Below are positions 1 through 5,147 of a stretch of 8,940 nt of DNA, piece by piece (within the stretch, counting starts at the first letter, position 1; each line of letters starts with the position of its first letter). Source of the stretch: a virus (lineage: Duplodnaviria > Heunggongvirae > Uroviricota > Caudoviricetes); IMG/VR virus record IMGVR_UViG_2695420456_000028, positions 1-8,940 of that record; one strand, written 5' to 3'. The translations under genes were made by a program, and so were the position numbers. The notes under the pieces were generated by a model. It made no database searches. It was not told the DNA's origin and saw only the letters and a program-made list of their open reading frames with translations.

Positions 1-501
1 TTAGTCTCCAGGATTCCCGGGGCGGTTCAGTAAGGGGGTATTTGTATTTATTGTCTTTTGTATATTGTCTTTTGTGTTTAGCTGACTTGGCTTATACCCA
101 TTAGCCGACTTGGCTAATGTTTTATTAGCTGTTTTAGCTAATGTTAAGCTGTCCTGGCTAATCCACTGAGAAACCACCTTGTTCACTCCGATTTTCACGC
201 CATCAGCAATGAGGAATTTACGCTCAATAAGCTGGCGCTTGGCAGCGCAAACATGAGTGTGATGAATACCTGTCATGGCTGCTATCTGCGTGTTTGTGAG
301 TCGATCCATCGGCTTATTGAATCCGTATGTCTTGCGCATGATAGCGAGCATCACCTTCAACTGCCGGACGGTTAAATCAGCCATCAGCAGACTGTCGGTA
401 ATCTCGTTAGCAACGCGCATGAAACCATCTTCGGTATCTGCCACGCGATGCTCCACGACCTCCAGTTGAGGCCTGTAATCAGCTAACTTAACGACGCCCA
501 T
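1..501 (-). CDS. O: Lambda O-like replication initiator, N-terminal iteron-binding part only (166 aa); stop codon at window bases 1-3
   Basis: Minus-strand ORF with ATG at 499-501 and AGGAG SD 6 nt upstream (rc of 502-515). Residues ADLTVRQLKVMLAIMRKTYGFNKPMDRLT resemble the N-terminal domain of lambda O as recalled. The 3' part of the ORF encodes repetitive LAKTANKTLAKSANG over the iteron array. Confidence 0.75.
   Translation of the reverse strand: MGVVKLADYRPQLEVVEHRVADTEDGFMRVANEITDSLLMADLTVRQLKVMLAIMRKTYGFNKPMDRLTNTQIAAMTGIHHTHVCAAKRQLIERKFLIADGVKIGVNKVVSQWISQDSLTLAKTANKTLAKSANGYKPSQLNTKDNIQKTINTNTPLLNRPGNPGD
36..78. repeat. AT-rich tract flanking the iterons, with 11-bp direct repeat TTGTCTTTTGT at 51-61 and 65-75; candidate DNA-unwinding element of the origin
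   Basis: Sequence composition and the direct repeat read directly; placement downstream of the iterons in the direction of O transcription matches the lambda ori layout. Confidence 0.45.
79..160. repeat. Origin-type iteron array: four ~15-bp imperfectly palindromic repeats of form TAGCY-N5-GGCTA, spaced ~23 bp
   Basis: Copies at 79-92 (TAGCTGACTTGGCT), 102-116 (TAGCCGACTTGGCTA), 126-140 (TAGCTGTTTTAGCTA) and 145-160 (TAAGCTGTCCTGGCTA), read directly. Position inside the O-like gene and an adjacent AT-rich tract mirror the lambda ori arrangement. Confidence 0.6.
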
Positions 502-649
502 GTTTCACTCCTGCTTTGGCTAGTCTGTAAACACCAACAAGGCGTTCTACGAACGCCCTGTTATTTGCTGCGGCTACCACTAATCCCTCAGGTGAATCAG
601 GGTGTCGAATCTCTTCTTTTTCCTGGTATTTCTTACGACGTTTTGTCAT
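488..649 (-). CDS. Hypothetical small basic protein (53 aa, MTKRRKKYQEKEEIRHPDSPEGLVVAAANNRAFVERLVGVYRLAKAGVKHGRR) between cII and O
   Basis: ATG at 647-649 (minus) with AGGAG SD 5 nt upstream; stop TAA at 488-490 overlaps the O start. Not in the supplied ORF track (below its size cut-off). No family recognised. Confidence 0.35.
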   Translation of the reverse strand: MTKRRKKYQEKEEIRHPDSPEGLVVAAANNRAFVERLVGVYRLAKAGVKHGRR

Positions 650-726
650 AATTACTCCTGTAGATTGATCCAGTCTTTCTACATCAGGCCTCGAAGAATT
701 CGCCGTTCTTCGGGGCTTTTTCTTTT
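650..726 (+). ncRNA. oop: Candidate OOP-like antisense RNA, antisense to the cII 3' end; 5' end not defined
   Basis: A plus-strand intrinsic terminator (688-726) sits inside the last codons of the minus-strand cII gene, with no plus-strand gene upstream. This matches the lambda OOP arrangement. Promoter not confidently placed (CATAAT at 647-652 is one possible -10). Confidence 0.35.
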
Positions 727-965
727 GTCAGGTAATCGGCAAGCCGCTTAGTCAATTCAGCCATTTCATCGTCTTCGATTCCGTATTCCAGAACAGCAAG
801 CATCATGCTTACCTGCGAGAAGAAACCATTCTTCCATCGGCTTACCTGATATTCAGGAACCCCCATTGCTCGAGCGAATGTCTTCTGCCCCATCAGTGCC
901 AGTTTGTTCAGCAAGGCCGACTCGATGCGAGCCGCTTTCTTGCTTTTAGTTGCAATAGTACCCAT
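684..965 (-). CDS. cII: CII-type transcriptional activator (93 aa)
   Basis: ATG at 963-965 (minus) with AAGGA SD. Motif RIESALLNKLA...SRWK...FSQVSMMLAVLEYGIEDDEMA parallels lambda CII (RIESALLNKIA...SRWKR...FSMLLAVLEWGVVDDDMA) as recalled. Position downstream of cro and nutR. Confidence 0.85.
   Translation of the reverse strand: MGTIATKSKKAARIESALLNKLALMGQKTFARAMGVPEYQVSRWKNGFFSQVSMMLAVLEYGIEDDEMAELTKRLADYLTKEKAPKNGEFFEA
688..726 (+). terminator. Intrinsic terminator on plus strand: stem GCCTCGAAGAA / TTCTTCGGGGC, loop TTCGCCG, then TTTTTCTTTT
   Basis: 11-bp stem with one G-U pair followed by a T-run, read directly; the minus strand has no T-run after the hairpin, so it is orientation-specific. 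Confidence 0.65.
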
Positions 966-972
966 AGATAAT
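940..972 (+). promoter_or_regulatory. Candidate pRE-type CII-dependent promoter: TTGC-N6-TTGC (940-943 and 950-953) with putative -10 GATAAT at 967-972
   Basis: TTGC direct repeats spaced 6 bp lie inside the first codons of cII on the opposite strand, the same geometry as lambda pRE. Transcription would run antisense through cro toward cI. Confidence 0.55.
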
Positions 973-1041
973 TTCCTTAATGATTAGATAGAGTTGGCTT
1001 CGCAAAGAAACGCAAAACCATAGAGATTTGTTTCTGGTAAT

Positions 1042-1073
1042 GCCCTTTTTCAGGGCGGGGATGTGTAAGAGCG
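1042..1073 (-). promoter_or_regulatory. nutR: nutR antitermination site: boxA CGCTCTTAC (rc of 1065-1073) and boxB GCCCTGAAAAAGGGC (rc of 1042-1056)
   Basis: boxB hairpin sequence equals lambda nutR boxB as recalled, and boxA matches the CGCTCTTA consensus. Located between cro and cII on the transcribed strand. Confidence 0.8.
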
Positions 1074-1081
1074 GGAATGTC

Positions 1082-1297
1082 TTAAGCGGCTTTGTGTTCC
1101 GGCGGGAACACGTCATCAAGACTGACTTTTGCGCCTAACTTGTTTAGGCACTCAACAAGAGCACGGCATGTTTTAAGGTCTGGGAAGCGACGACCAGATT
1201 CCCAATGTCCGATAGCTCCCTGTGTGCATCCAACTGCCTTAGCAAGTGTTGTTTGAGAGATATTCAGTGACTCTCGATATTTTCGTAGGTTGCTCAT
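1082..1297 (-). CDS. cro: Cro-type HTH repressor (71 aa, start at internal ATG MSNLRK...)
   Basis: GGAGGG SD 3-4 nt before the ATG at 1295-1297 (minus); HTH segment [21 protein letters not shown]. Divergent from cI. The track ORF extends 9 codons upstream without an SD. Confidence 0.8.
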   Translation of the reverse strand: MSNLRKYRESLNISQTTLAKAVGCTQGAIGHWESGRRFPDLKTCRALVECLNKLGAKVSLDDVFPPEHKAA

Positions 1298-1323
1298 ATG
1301 CCCTCCATAGTAACCATGAAACA

Positions 1324-1352
1324 ATAATACGATATGTACTTTTAGAATGCAA
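1324..1352 (-). promoter_or_regulatory. Candidate pR promoter for cro: -35 TTGCAT (rc of 1347-1352), 17-bp spacer, -10 TATTAT (rc of 1324-1329)
   Basis: Hexamers and spacing read directly on the minus strand; an operator-like site overlaps the spacer and -10. Confidence 0.6.
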
Positions 1353-1398
1353 GCAAAAATACATCTTGTGCATGGATGGTTTTAGTACAGAGCGTAAT
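1326..1398. promoter_or_regulatory. OR operator region: candidate 15-bp repressor sites at 1326-1340 (minus: AGTACATATCGTATT) and 1384-1398 (plus: AGTACAGAGCGTAAT), weaker middle site 1358-1372
   Basis: Sites share AGTACA-N-A-N-CGTA-Y-T with the site in pL; half-sites AGTAC and GTAYT are inverted repeats. A leaderless cI transcript is possible (putative pRM -10 TAATAA at 1395-1400). Confidence 0.5.
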
Positions 1399-1407
1399 AA
1401 TAAGGGT

Positions 1408-2067
1408 ATGAAAATGAAATGGTATGAACTGGCTAGATCCAGAATGAAAGAGCTCGGCATAACTCAAGAGAAGTTAGCTGAAGAGCTTGGTATGACGCAG
1501 GGTGGAATTGGTCACTGGTTGCGCGGATCTCGTCATCCATCTCTTGACGAGATTGGTGTGGTGTTTAAATACCTTGGTATTGATAACGTCTCATTCAACC
1601 ACGACGGTACATTTTCACCTGTTGGCGAATACTCATCTGCCCCCGTTAAAAAACAATATGAGTACCCTGTTTTTTCTCATGTTCAGGCAGGGATGTTCTC
1701 GCCTGAGCTTAGAACCTTTACCAAAGGTGATGCGGAGAGATGGGTCAGCACAACCAAAAAAGCCAGTGATTGTGCGTTTTGGCTTGAAGTTGAAGGTAAT
1801 TCCATGACCGCGCCAACAGGATCGAAGCCAAGCTTTCCTGACGGGATGTTAATTCTCGTTGACCCCGAGCAGGCTGTTGAGCCAGGTGATTTCTGCATAG
1901 CCAGACTTGGTGGTGACGAGTTTACCTTCAAGAAACTGATCAGGGATAGCGGTCAGGTGTTCCTACAGCCACTAAACCCGCAATATCCAATGATTCCATG
2001 CAATGATAGCTGTTCCGTAGTAGGGAAAGTTATCGCCAGCCAGTGGCCTGAAGAGACATTTAGTTAA
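1408..2067 (+). CDS. cI: CI-type prophage repressor, N-terminal HTH plus C-terminal LexA/S24-type autocleavage domain (219 aa)
   Basis: [24 protein letters not shown] nearly matches the Cro recognition helix. Ala-Gly site in HVQAGMF, catalytic Ser in EGNSM and Lys in FKKL fit the S24 peptidase layout. Start at 1408 chosen over the track start at 1246 (1414 also possible). Confidence 0.9.
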   Translation: MKMKWYELARSRMKELGITQEKLAEELGMTQGGIGHWLRGSRHPSLDEIGVVFKYLGIDNVSFNHDGTFSPVGEYSSAPVKKQYEYPVFSHVQAGMFSPELRTFTKGDAERWVSTTKKASDCAFWLEVEGNSMTAPTGSKPSFPDGMLILVDPEQAVEPGDFCIARLGGDEFTFKKLIRDSGQVFLQPLNPQYPMIPCNDSCSVVGKVIASQWPEETFS

Positions 2068-2098
2068 CAGCCTCACCACTCTAAAACACACAACAATA

Positions 2099-2127
2099 AC
2101 CCGACCTTAGCGTCGGGTTTTCTTTTT
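2099..2127 (+). terminator. Intrinsic terminator after cI: stem ACCCGAC / GTCGGGT, loop CTTAGC, then TTTTCTTTTT
   Basis: 7-bp GC-rich stem and T-run read directly, 32 nt after the cI stop. Confidence 0.7.
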
Positions 2128-2146
2128 CCAAAATATAAACCCATTA

Positions 2147-2221
2147 AATACAAAGCGTTATAAAAAAGTAGTTATATTTAGAACATTTTGTATTGACTCG
2201 ATAAAGTACAAATCGTACTAT
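2147..2221 (+). promoter_or_regulatory. pL promoter with OL operators: -35 TTGACT (2193-2198), 17-bp spacer, -10 TACTAT (2216-2221); sites at 2205-2219 (AGTACAAATCGTACT), 2180-2194 (weaker) and 2147-2161
   Basis: Promoter hexamers read directly. Downstream sequence CATCAGCAGGACGCACTGACCACCATGAAGGTGA matches the start of the lambda pL transcript as recalled. Operator sites share the OR consensus. Confidence 0.7.
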
Positions 2222-2261
2222 TTAGCCATCAGCAGGACGCACTGACCACCATGAAGGTGAG

Positions 2262-2291
2262 GCTCTTAAAAATTAAGCCCTGAAGAAGGGC
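2262..2291 (+). promoter_or_regulatory. nutL: nutL antitermination site: boxA GCTCTTAAA (2262-2270) and boxB GCCCTGAAGAAGGGC (2277-2291)
   Basis: boxB equals lambda nutL boxB as recalled; it lies between pL and N. Confidence 0.85.
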
Positions 2292-2489
2292 AGCATTCAA
2301 AGCAGAAGGCTTTGGGATTGGATGAATGAGCAGGCTTATGCTCGACCAATGTATAAACAGCGCTCATGGCAAGCAGTAACCAATCTGCGCCTCAAGACAG
2401 CGTCACTGGTAGTGCGGGCGCTCTAACCAGTAAGCCGGGGTTCAGCGCCGGCCATCCAATCACCAAAGCTAACTGACAGGAGAATCCAG

Positions 2490-2822
2490 ATGGATGCACA
2501 AACACGCCGCCGCGAACGTCGCGCAGAGAAACAGGCTCAATGGAAAGCAGCAAATCCCCTGTTGGTTGGGGTAAGCGCAAAACCAGTTAACCGCCCTATT
2601 CTCTCGCTGAATCGCAAACCGAAATCACGAGTAGAAAGCGCACTGAATCCGATAGACCTTACAGTGCTGGCTGAATACCACGAACAGATTGAAAGCAACC
2701 TGCAACGTATTGAGCGCAAGAATCAGCGCACATGGTACAGCAAGCCACGCAGTGAAATGGGTGTGACCTGTTCAGGCCGCCAGAAGCAACGCGGAAAATC
2801 AATTCCAGCTTATTACGATTGA
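2490..2822 (+). CDS. N: N transcription antiterminator (110 aa), lambda N-like
   Basis: AGGAG SD 7 nt upstream. N-terminal arginine-rich motif MDAQTRRRERRAEKQAQWKAAN and most of the remaining sequence match lambda N as recalled. Preceded by nutL. Confidence 0.9.
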   Translation: MDAQTRRRERRAEKQAQWKAANPLLVGVSAKPVNRPILSLNRKPKSRVESALNPIDLTVLAEYHEQIESNLQRIERKNQRTWYSKPRSEMGVTCSGRQKQRGKSIPAYYD

Positions 2823-2829
2823 GGTGGTC

Positions 2830-2967
2830 ATGCTCAAGAAAATCAAACGCCGACTTTACAAAGAAGGTAGATATTCATGCCAATTGCCAAAATGCGACAC
2901 AACAAAATGGAGTGTCGATGATTGGTGTAACTGGATAGATAGATACGGAACTTGGTGGGATAAATAA
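2830..2967 (+). CDS. Hypothetical small Cys/Trp-rich protein (45 aa, MLKKIKRRLYKEGRYSCQLPKCDTTKWSVDDWCNWIDRYGTWWDK)
   Basis: ATG 8 nt after the N stop, GAGGTG SD with short spacing; basic N-terminus and three Cys. Not in the ORF track (short). No family recognised. Confidence 0.3.
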   Translation: MLKKIKRRLYKEGRYSCQLPKCDTTKWSVDDWCNWIDRYGTWWDK

Positions 2968-3020
2968 CAGGTAACTTAAGCGTATTTACTTTCGCGGCAA
3001 ACCACATATTTGAGGTGAGA

Positions 3021-3095
3021 TATGGAAGAAGAATTTGAAGAGTTCGAAGAGCATCCGCAGGATGTGATGGAACAATACCAGGACTATCCGTATGA
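3021..3095 (+). CDS. Hypothetical 24-aa acidic peptide (MEEEFEEFEEHPQGCDGTIPGLSV), stop overlaps the ral start (ATGA)
   Basis: Strong GAGGTGA SD 4 nt upstream of the ATG at 3021; stop TGA 3093-3095 overlaps the ATG at 3092-3094 of the next ORF, which has no SD of its own. May act as a translational-coupling leader. Confidence 0.2.
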
Positions 3096-3292
3096 CTACG
3101 ACTATTGATACAAATCAATGGTGTGGACAATTCAAGCGATGCAATGGATGCAAGCTGCAATCGGAATACATGGTTAAGCCTGAAGAAATGTTTCCTGTAA
3201 TGGAAGATGGGAAATATGTCGATAAATGGGCAATACGAACGACGGCAATGATTGCCAGAGAACTTGGTAAACAGAATAACAAGGCTGCCTGA
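3092..3292 (+). CDS. ral: Ral-like restriction-alleviation protein (66 aa)
   Basis: Sequence MTTTIDTNQWCGQFKRCNGCKLQSEYMVKPEEMFPVMEDGKYVDKWAIRTTAMIARELGKQNNKAA matches my recollection of lambda Ral in length and sequence, and sits downstream of N as in lambda. Identity rests on memory and needs alignment. Confidence 0.6.
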   Translation: MTTTIDTNQWCGQFKRCNGCKLQSEYMVKPEEMFPVMEDGKYVDKWAIRTTAMIARELGKQNNKAA

Positions 3293-3309
3293 TGGTGGCC
3301 TTTATTTTT
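3281..3309 (+). terminator. Terminator-like hairpin AAGGCTGCC-TGAT-GGTGGCCTT followed by TATTTTT; the ral stop lies in its loop
   Basis: 9-bp stem with two G-U pairs and a T-rich tail, read directly; the motif is related to the hairpin at 8289-8312. Confidence 0.5.
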
Positions 3310-3331
3310 GGCATAAACAACAGAGGATAAC

Positions 3332-3628
3332 ATGGAATTTAAAGGTACTGAAGGCAAGTGGGAAATAATGATGGATGGCGATGAGATTAAAATAATCCAG
3401 GCAGACTCACTTGAAAATGGCGCAGGCTGGCGTTCGTATATTGCAATCTGTGAGGAAGTTCAATGTATTGAAGATGCCAATCTAATAGCGGCAGCACCTG
3501 ACCTTCTCGAAGCACTTCAGTTATTACTTAAGCAATCCAAAAATAGAACAACGACAACATATCCAGAATGGTATGGAGCTGTTAATAAAGGTCTTGCAGC
3601 AATCAGCAAGGCTCTGGGAGGTGAATGA
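3332..3628 (+). CDS. Hypothetical protein (98 aa), first gene of a coupled pair
   Basis: GAGGA SD before the ATG at 3332; stop overlaps the next start (ATGATG at 3625-3630). No family recognised; motif ANLIAAAPDLLEALQLL. Confidence 0.6.
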   Translation: MEFKGTEGKWEIMMDGDEIKIIQADSLENGAGWRSYIAICEEVQCIEDANLIAAAPDLLEALQLLLKQSKNRTTTTYPEWYGAVNKGLAAISKALGGE

Positions 3629-3828
3629 TGTGCGAGTTTTATGAAGCAGATATCAAACGCCCAGAAATGGCAAGTGATGCGACATTACGTGATTACTTCG
3701 CGGCAAAGGCTATGCAAGCAATGATTAGCAATCCATCGATTATCGATAATGATTCTGATGGAGTTGTTAATTATGCAGCAAGCGCTGCATATAAGTTTGC
3801 AGACGCAATGCTCAAAGCTCGCGAATAA
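3625..3828 (+). CDS. Hypothetical protein (67 aa), second gene of the coupled pair
   Basis: GGAGGTG SD directly upstream; start at 3625 or 3628. No family recognised. Confidence 0.6.
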   Translation: MMCEFYEADIKRPEMASDATLRDYFAAKAMQAMISNPSIIDNDSDGVVNYAASAAYKFADAMLKARE

Positions 3829-3833
3829 GCACT

Positions 3834-3861
3834 GTGTATTCATTCCAACGAGTGAATACAC
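3834..3861. other. Perfect 9-bp inverted repeat GTGTATTCA ... TGAATACAC; as RNA a ~13-bp stem with a 4-nt loop
   Basis: Read directly, 6 nt after the stop of the 67-aa ORF; no T-run follows. Could be an RNA processing or stability hairpin, or a dimeric protein-binding site. Confidence 0.5.
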
Positions 3862-3924
3862 GGAGCAATGTCGCTCGTAACTAAACAGGAGCCGACTTGT
3901 TCTGATTATTGGAAATCTTCTTTG

Positions 3925-3948
3925 CCCTCCGATGTGGGGGGCCTTTTT
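3925..3948 (+). terminator. Possible intrinsic terminator: CCCTCC-GATGT-GGGGGG then CCTTTTT
   Basis: GC-rich hairpin with one G-U pair and a T5 run, read directly; it lies in the non-coding gap upstream of the cIII-like gene. Confidence 0.35.
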
Positions 3949-4014
3949 ATATGCATACCAATAACGCTTCACTCGAGGCGTTTTCGTTATGCAATCAAAC
4001 AGAAGGAGCATCCT

Positions 4015-4185
4015 ATGCAACAGTTCACTATTGCAGGGGCGGCATCGGTTCGCCCTTTCAACCCGATTTTATCGGTACAGCATTCACGAAAAAACATTTT
4101 AACCGGAGCAGACTTTAAACAACCAAGAATGAAAAGTTTGCTCGAAAAGCTTTGGGATATTTTGAAACAACAAGGCCGTCCATGA
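4015..4185 (+). CDS. cIII: CIII-like small protein (56 aa), candidate FtsH-inhibitor type
   Basis: AAGGAG SD 6 nt upstream. N-terminus MQQFTIAG and C-terminal KSLLEKLWDILKQQGRP resemble lambda CIII (MQYAIAG ... KRLIDILNQPGVP) as recalled. The track ORF start at 3868 has no SD and spans a terminator-like hairpin. Confidence 0.5.
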   Translation: MQQFTIAGAASVRPFNPILSVQHSRKNILTGADFKQPRMKSLLEKLWDILKQQGRP

Positions 4186-4352
4186 GTTTTACAGATAACT
4201 GGTCAGACGAAGAATTCATTCGTCAGATGAAAGAATTAATCGGTAACGAAGGAGATATTCATGTCACTTGCAACCACAGTGAAGGAGAGCAAGTTACAGA
4301 GACGCATGTACACGCAGCAGGCGTTAATGTATCGCCAGAAGGGAGATCGTGA
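4182..4352 (+). CDS. Hypothetical small protein (56 aa, MSFTDNWSDEEFIRQMKELIGNEGDIH...), coupled to cIII via ATGA overlap
   Basis: Start ATG overlaps the cIII stop; the N-terminal half looks protein-like and the C-terminal half is low complexity. It overlaps the next ORF in another frame. Confidence 0.3.
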   Translation: MSFTDNWSDEEFIRQMKELIGNEGDIHVTCNHSEGEQVTETHVHAAGVNVSPEGRS

Positions 4353-4431
4353 AGGTGTTCGCGTATTTTTAAATGCGGCAAAGACTGAAGTATTAAATCA
4401 GCGTTATTTCCTTGGGCCATGTCCATTCTGA
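4261..4431 (+). CDS. Hypothetical small protein (56 aa, MSLATTVKESKLQRRMYTQQALMYRQKGDREGVRVFLNAAKTEVLNQRYFLGPCPF)
   Basis: GGAG SD 6 nt upstream of the ATG at 4261; ends 9 nt before the recombinase start. In the position lambda uses for kil, but no sequence identity is claimed. Confidence 0.35.
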   Translation: MSLATTVKESKLQRRMYTQQALMYRQKGDREGVRVFLNAAKTEVLNQRYFLGPCPF

Positions 4432-4439
4432 GGTGAATT

Positions 4440-5147
4440 ATGGATTTGAATAAATTCGATGAGCCATTCAGCCCTGAAGATATCGAATGGCGAATACAGC
4501 AAAGCGGTAAAACACGCGATGGCAAAGTGTGGGCTATGGTGCTGGCTTATGTCACGAACCGGGCAATCATGAAACGCCTGGACGATGTTTGCGGCAAAGC
4601 AGGATGGCGCAATGAATACCGCGATATTCCCAACAACGGCGGCGTTGAATGCGGCATATCGATAAAGATTGATTCCGAATGGGTAACCAAATGGGATGCT
4701 GCTGAAAACACGCAGGTAGAAGCCGTCAAAGGTGGTCGTTCCGGTGCAATGAAGCGCGCTGCCGTTCAGTGGGGAATCGGTCGGTATCTGTATAACCTTG
4801 AGGAAGGTTTCGCACAAACATCTCTCGATAAAAAGCAGGGGTGGCACAGGGCAAAACTGAAGGATGGAACAGGATTTTACTGGCTACCTCCATCGCTGCC
4901 GGGATGGGCAATCCCAGCATCAGATAACAAACCATCACCAGAAAATACCAACCAGAAATCTCCATCGGTTGACTGCGAACAAATCCTGAAAGACTTCAGC
5001 GATTATGCATCAACAGAAACTGACAAGAAAAAACTCATAGAACGTTATCAGCATGACTGGCAATTAATGGCTGGCAATGAGGATGCGCAGGCTAAATGCG
5101 TTCAGGTAATGAACATCAGAGTTAACGAACTAAAACAGGCGGCATAA
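4440..5147 (+). CDS. Rad52/Sak-family single-strand annealing protein (235 aa)
   Basis: GAGGTGA SD; motif AMKRAAVQWGIGRYLY matches the conserved GIGRYLY signature of Rad52-type phage recombinases as recalled. An ssb gene follows immediately. Confidence 0.8.
   Translation: MDLNKFDEPFSPEDIEWRIQQSGKTRDGKVWAMVLAYVTNRAIMKRLDDVCGKAGWRNEYRDIPNNGGVECGISIKIDSEWVTKWDAAENTQVEAVKGGRSGAMKRAAVQWGIGRYLYNLEEGFAQTSLDKKQGWHRAKLKDGTGFYWLPPSLPGWAIPASDNKPSPENTNQKSPSVDCEQILKDFSDYASTETDKKKLIERYQHDWQLMAGNEDAQAKCVQVMNIRVNELKQAA

Noticed and set aside
275-469. 64-aa plus-strand ORF inside the O-like gene
   Set aside because: Antisense to a well-supported gene; no SD.
1246-1407. Upstream extension of the cI ORF (track start 1246)
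   Set aside because: The extension runs through the cro start and the OR promoter-operator region; the ATG at 1408 (or 1414) with the HTH directly downstream is the sensible start.
2392-2719. Minus-strand ORFs (2392-2580, 2537-2719) in the N leader and N gene
   Set aside because: Antisense to N and its nutL leader; no SD; GC-rich frame artefacts.
2843-3160. 105-aa minus-strand ORF opposite the small ORFs and ral
   Set aside because: Runs against the pL operon, has no convincing SD and overlaps plus-strand ORFs with SDs. Considered as a possible sieB-like gene but there is no supporting feature.
3868-4014. Upstream extension of the cIII-like ORF (track start 3868)
   Set aside because: The ATG at 3868 has only a 2-nt-spaced GGAG, and the extension would translate through a terminator-like hairpin; the ATG at 4015 has a canonical AAGGAG SD.
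3829-4014. DicF-like sRNA as known from the E. coli Qin prophage
   Set aside because: No recognisable similarity to the DicF sequence as recalled; only generic hairpins, so reported as an unassigned structured region.
4404-4847. 147-aa minus-strand ORF antisense to the Rad52-family gene
   Set aside because: Overlaps a confidently called plus-strand gene with a conserved motif; no SD seen; antisense artefact.
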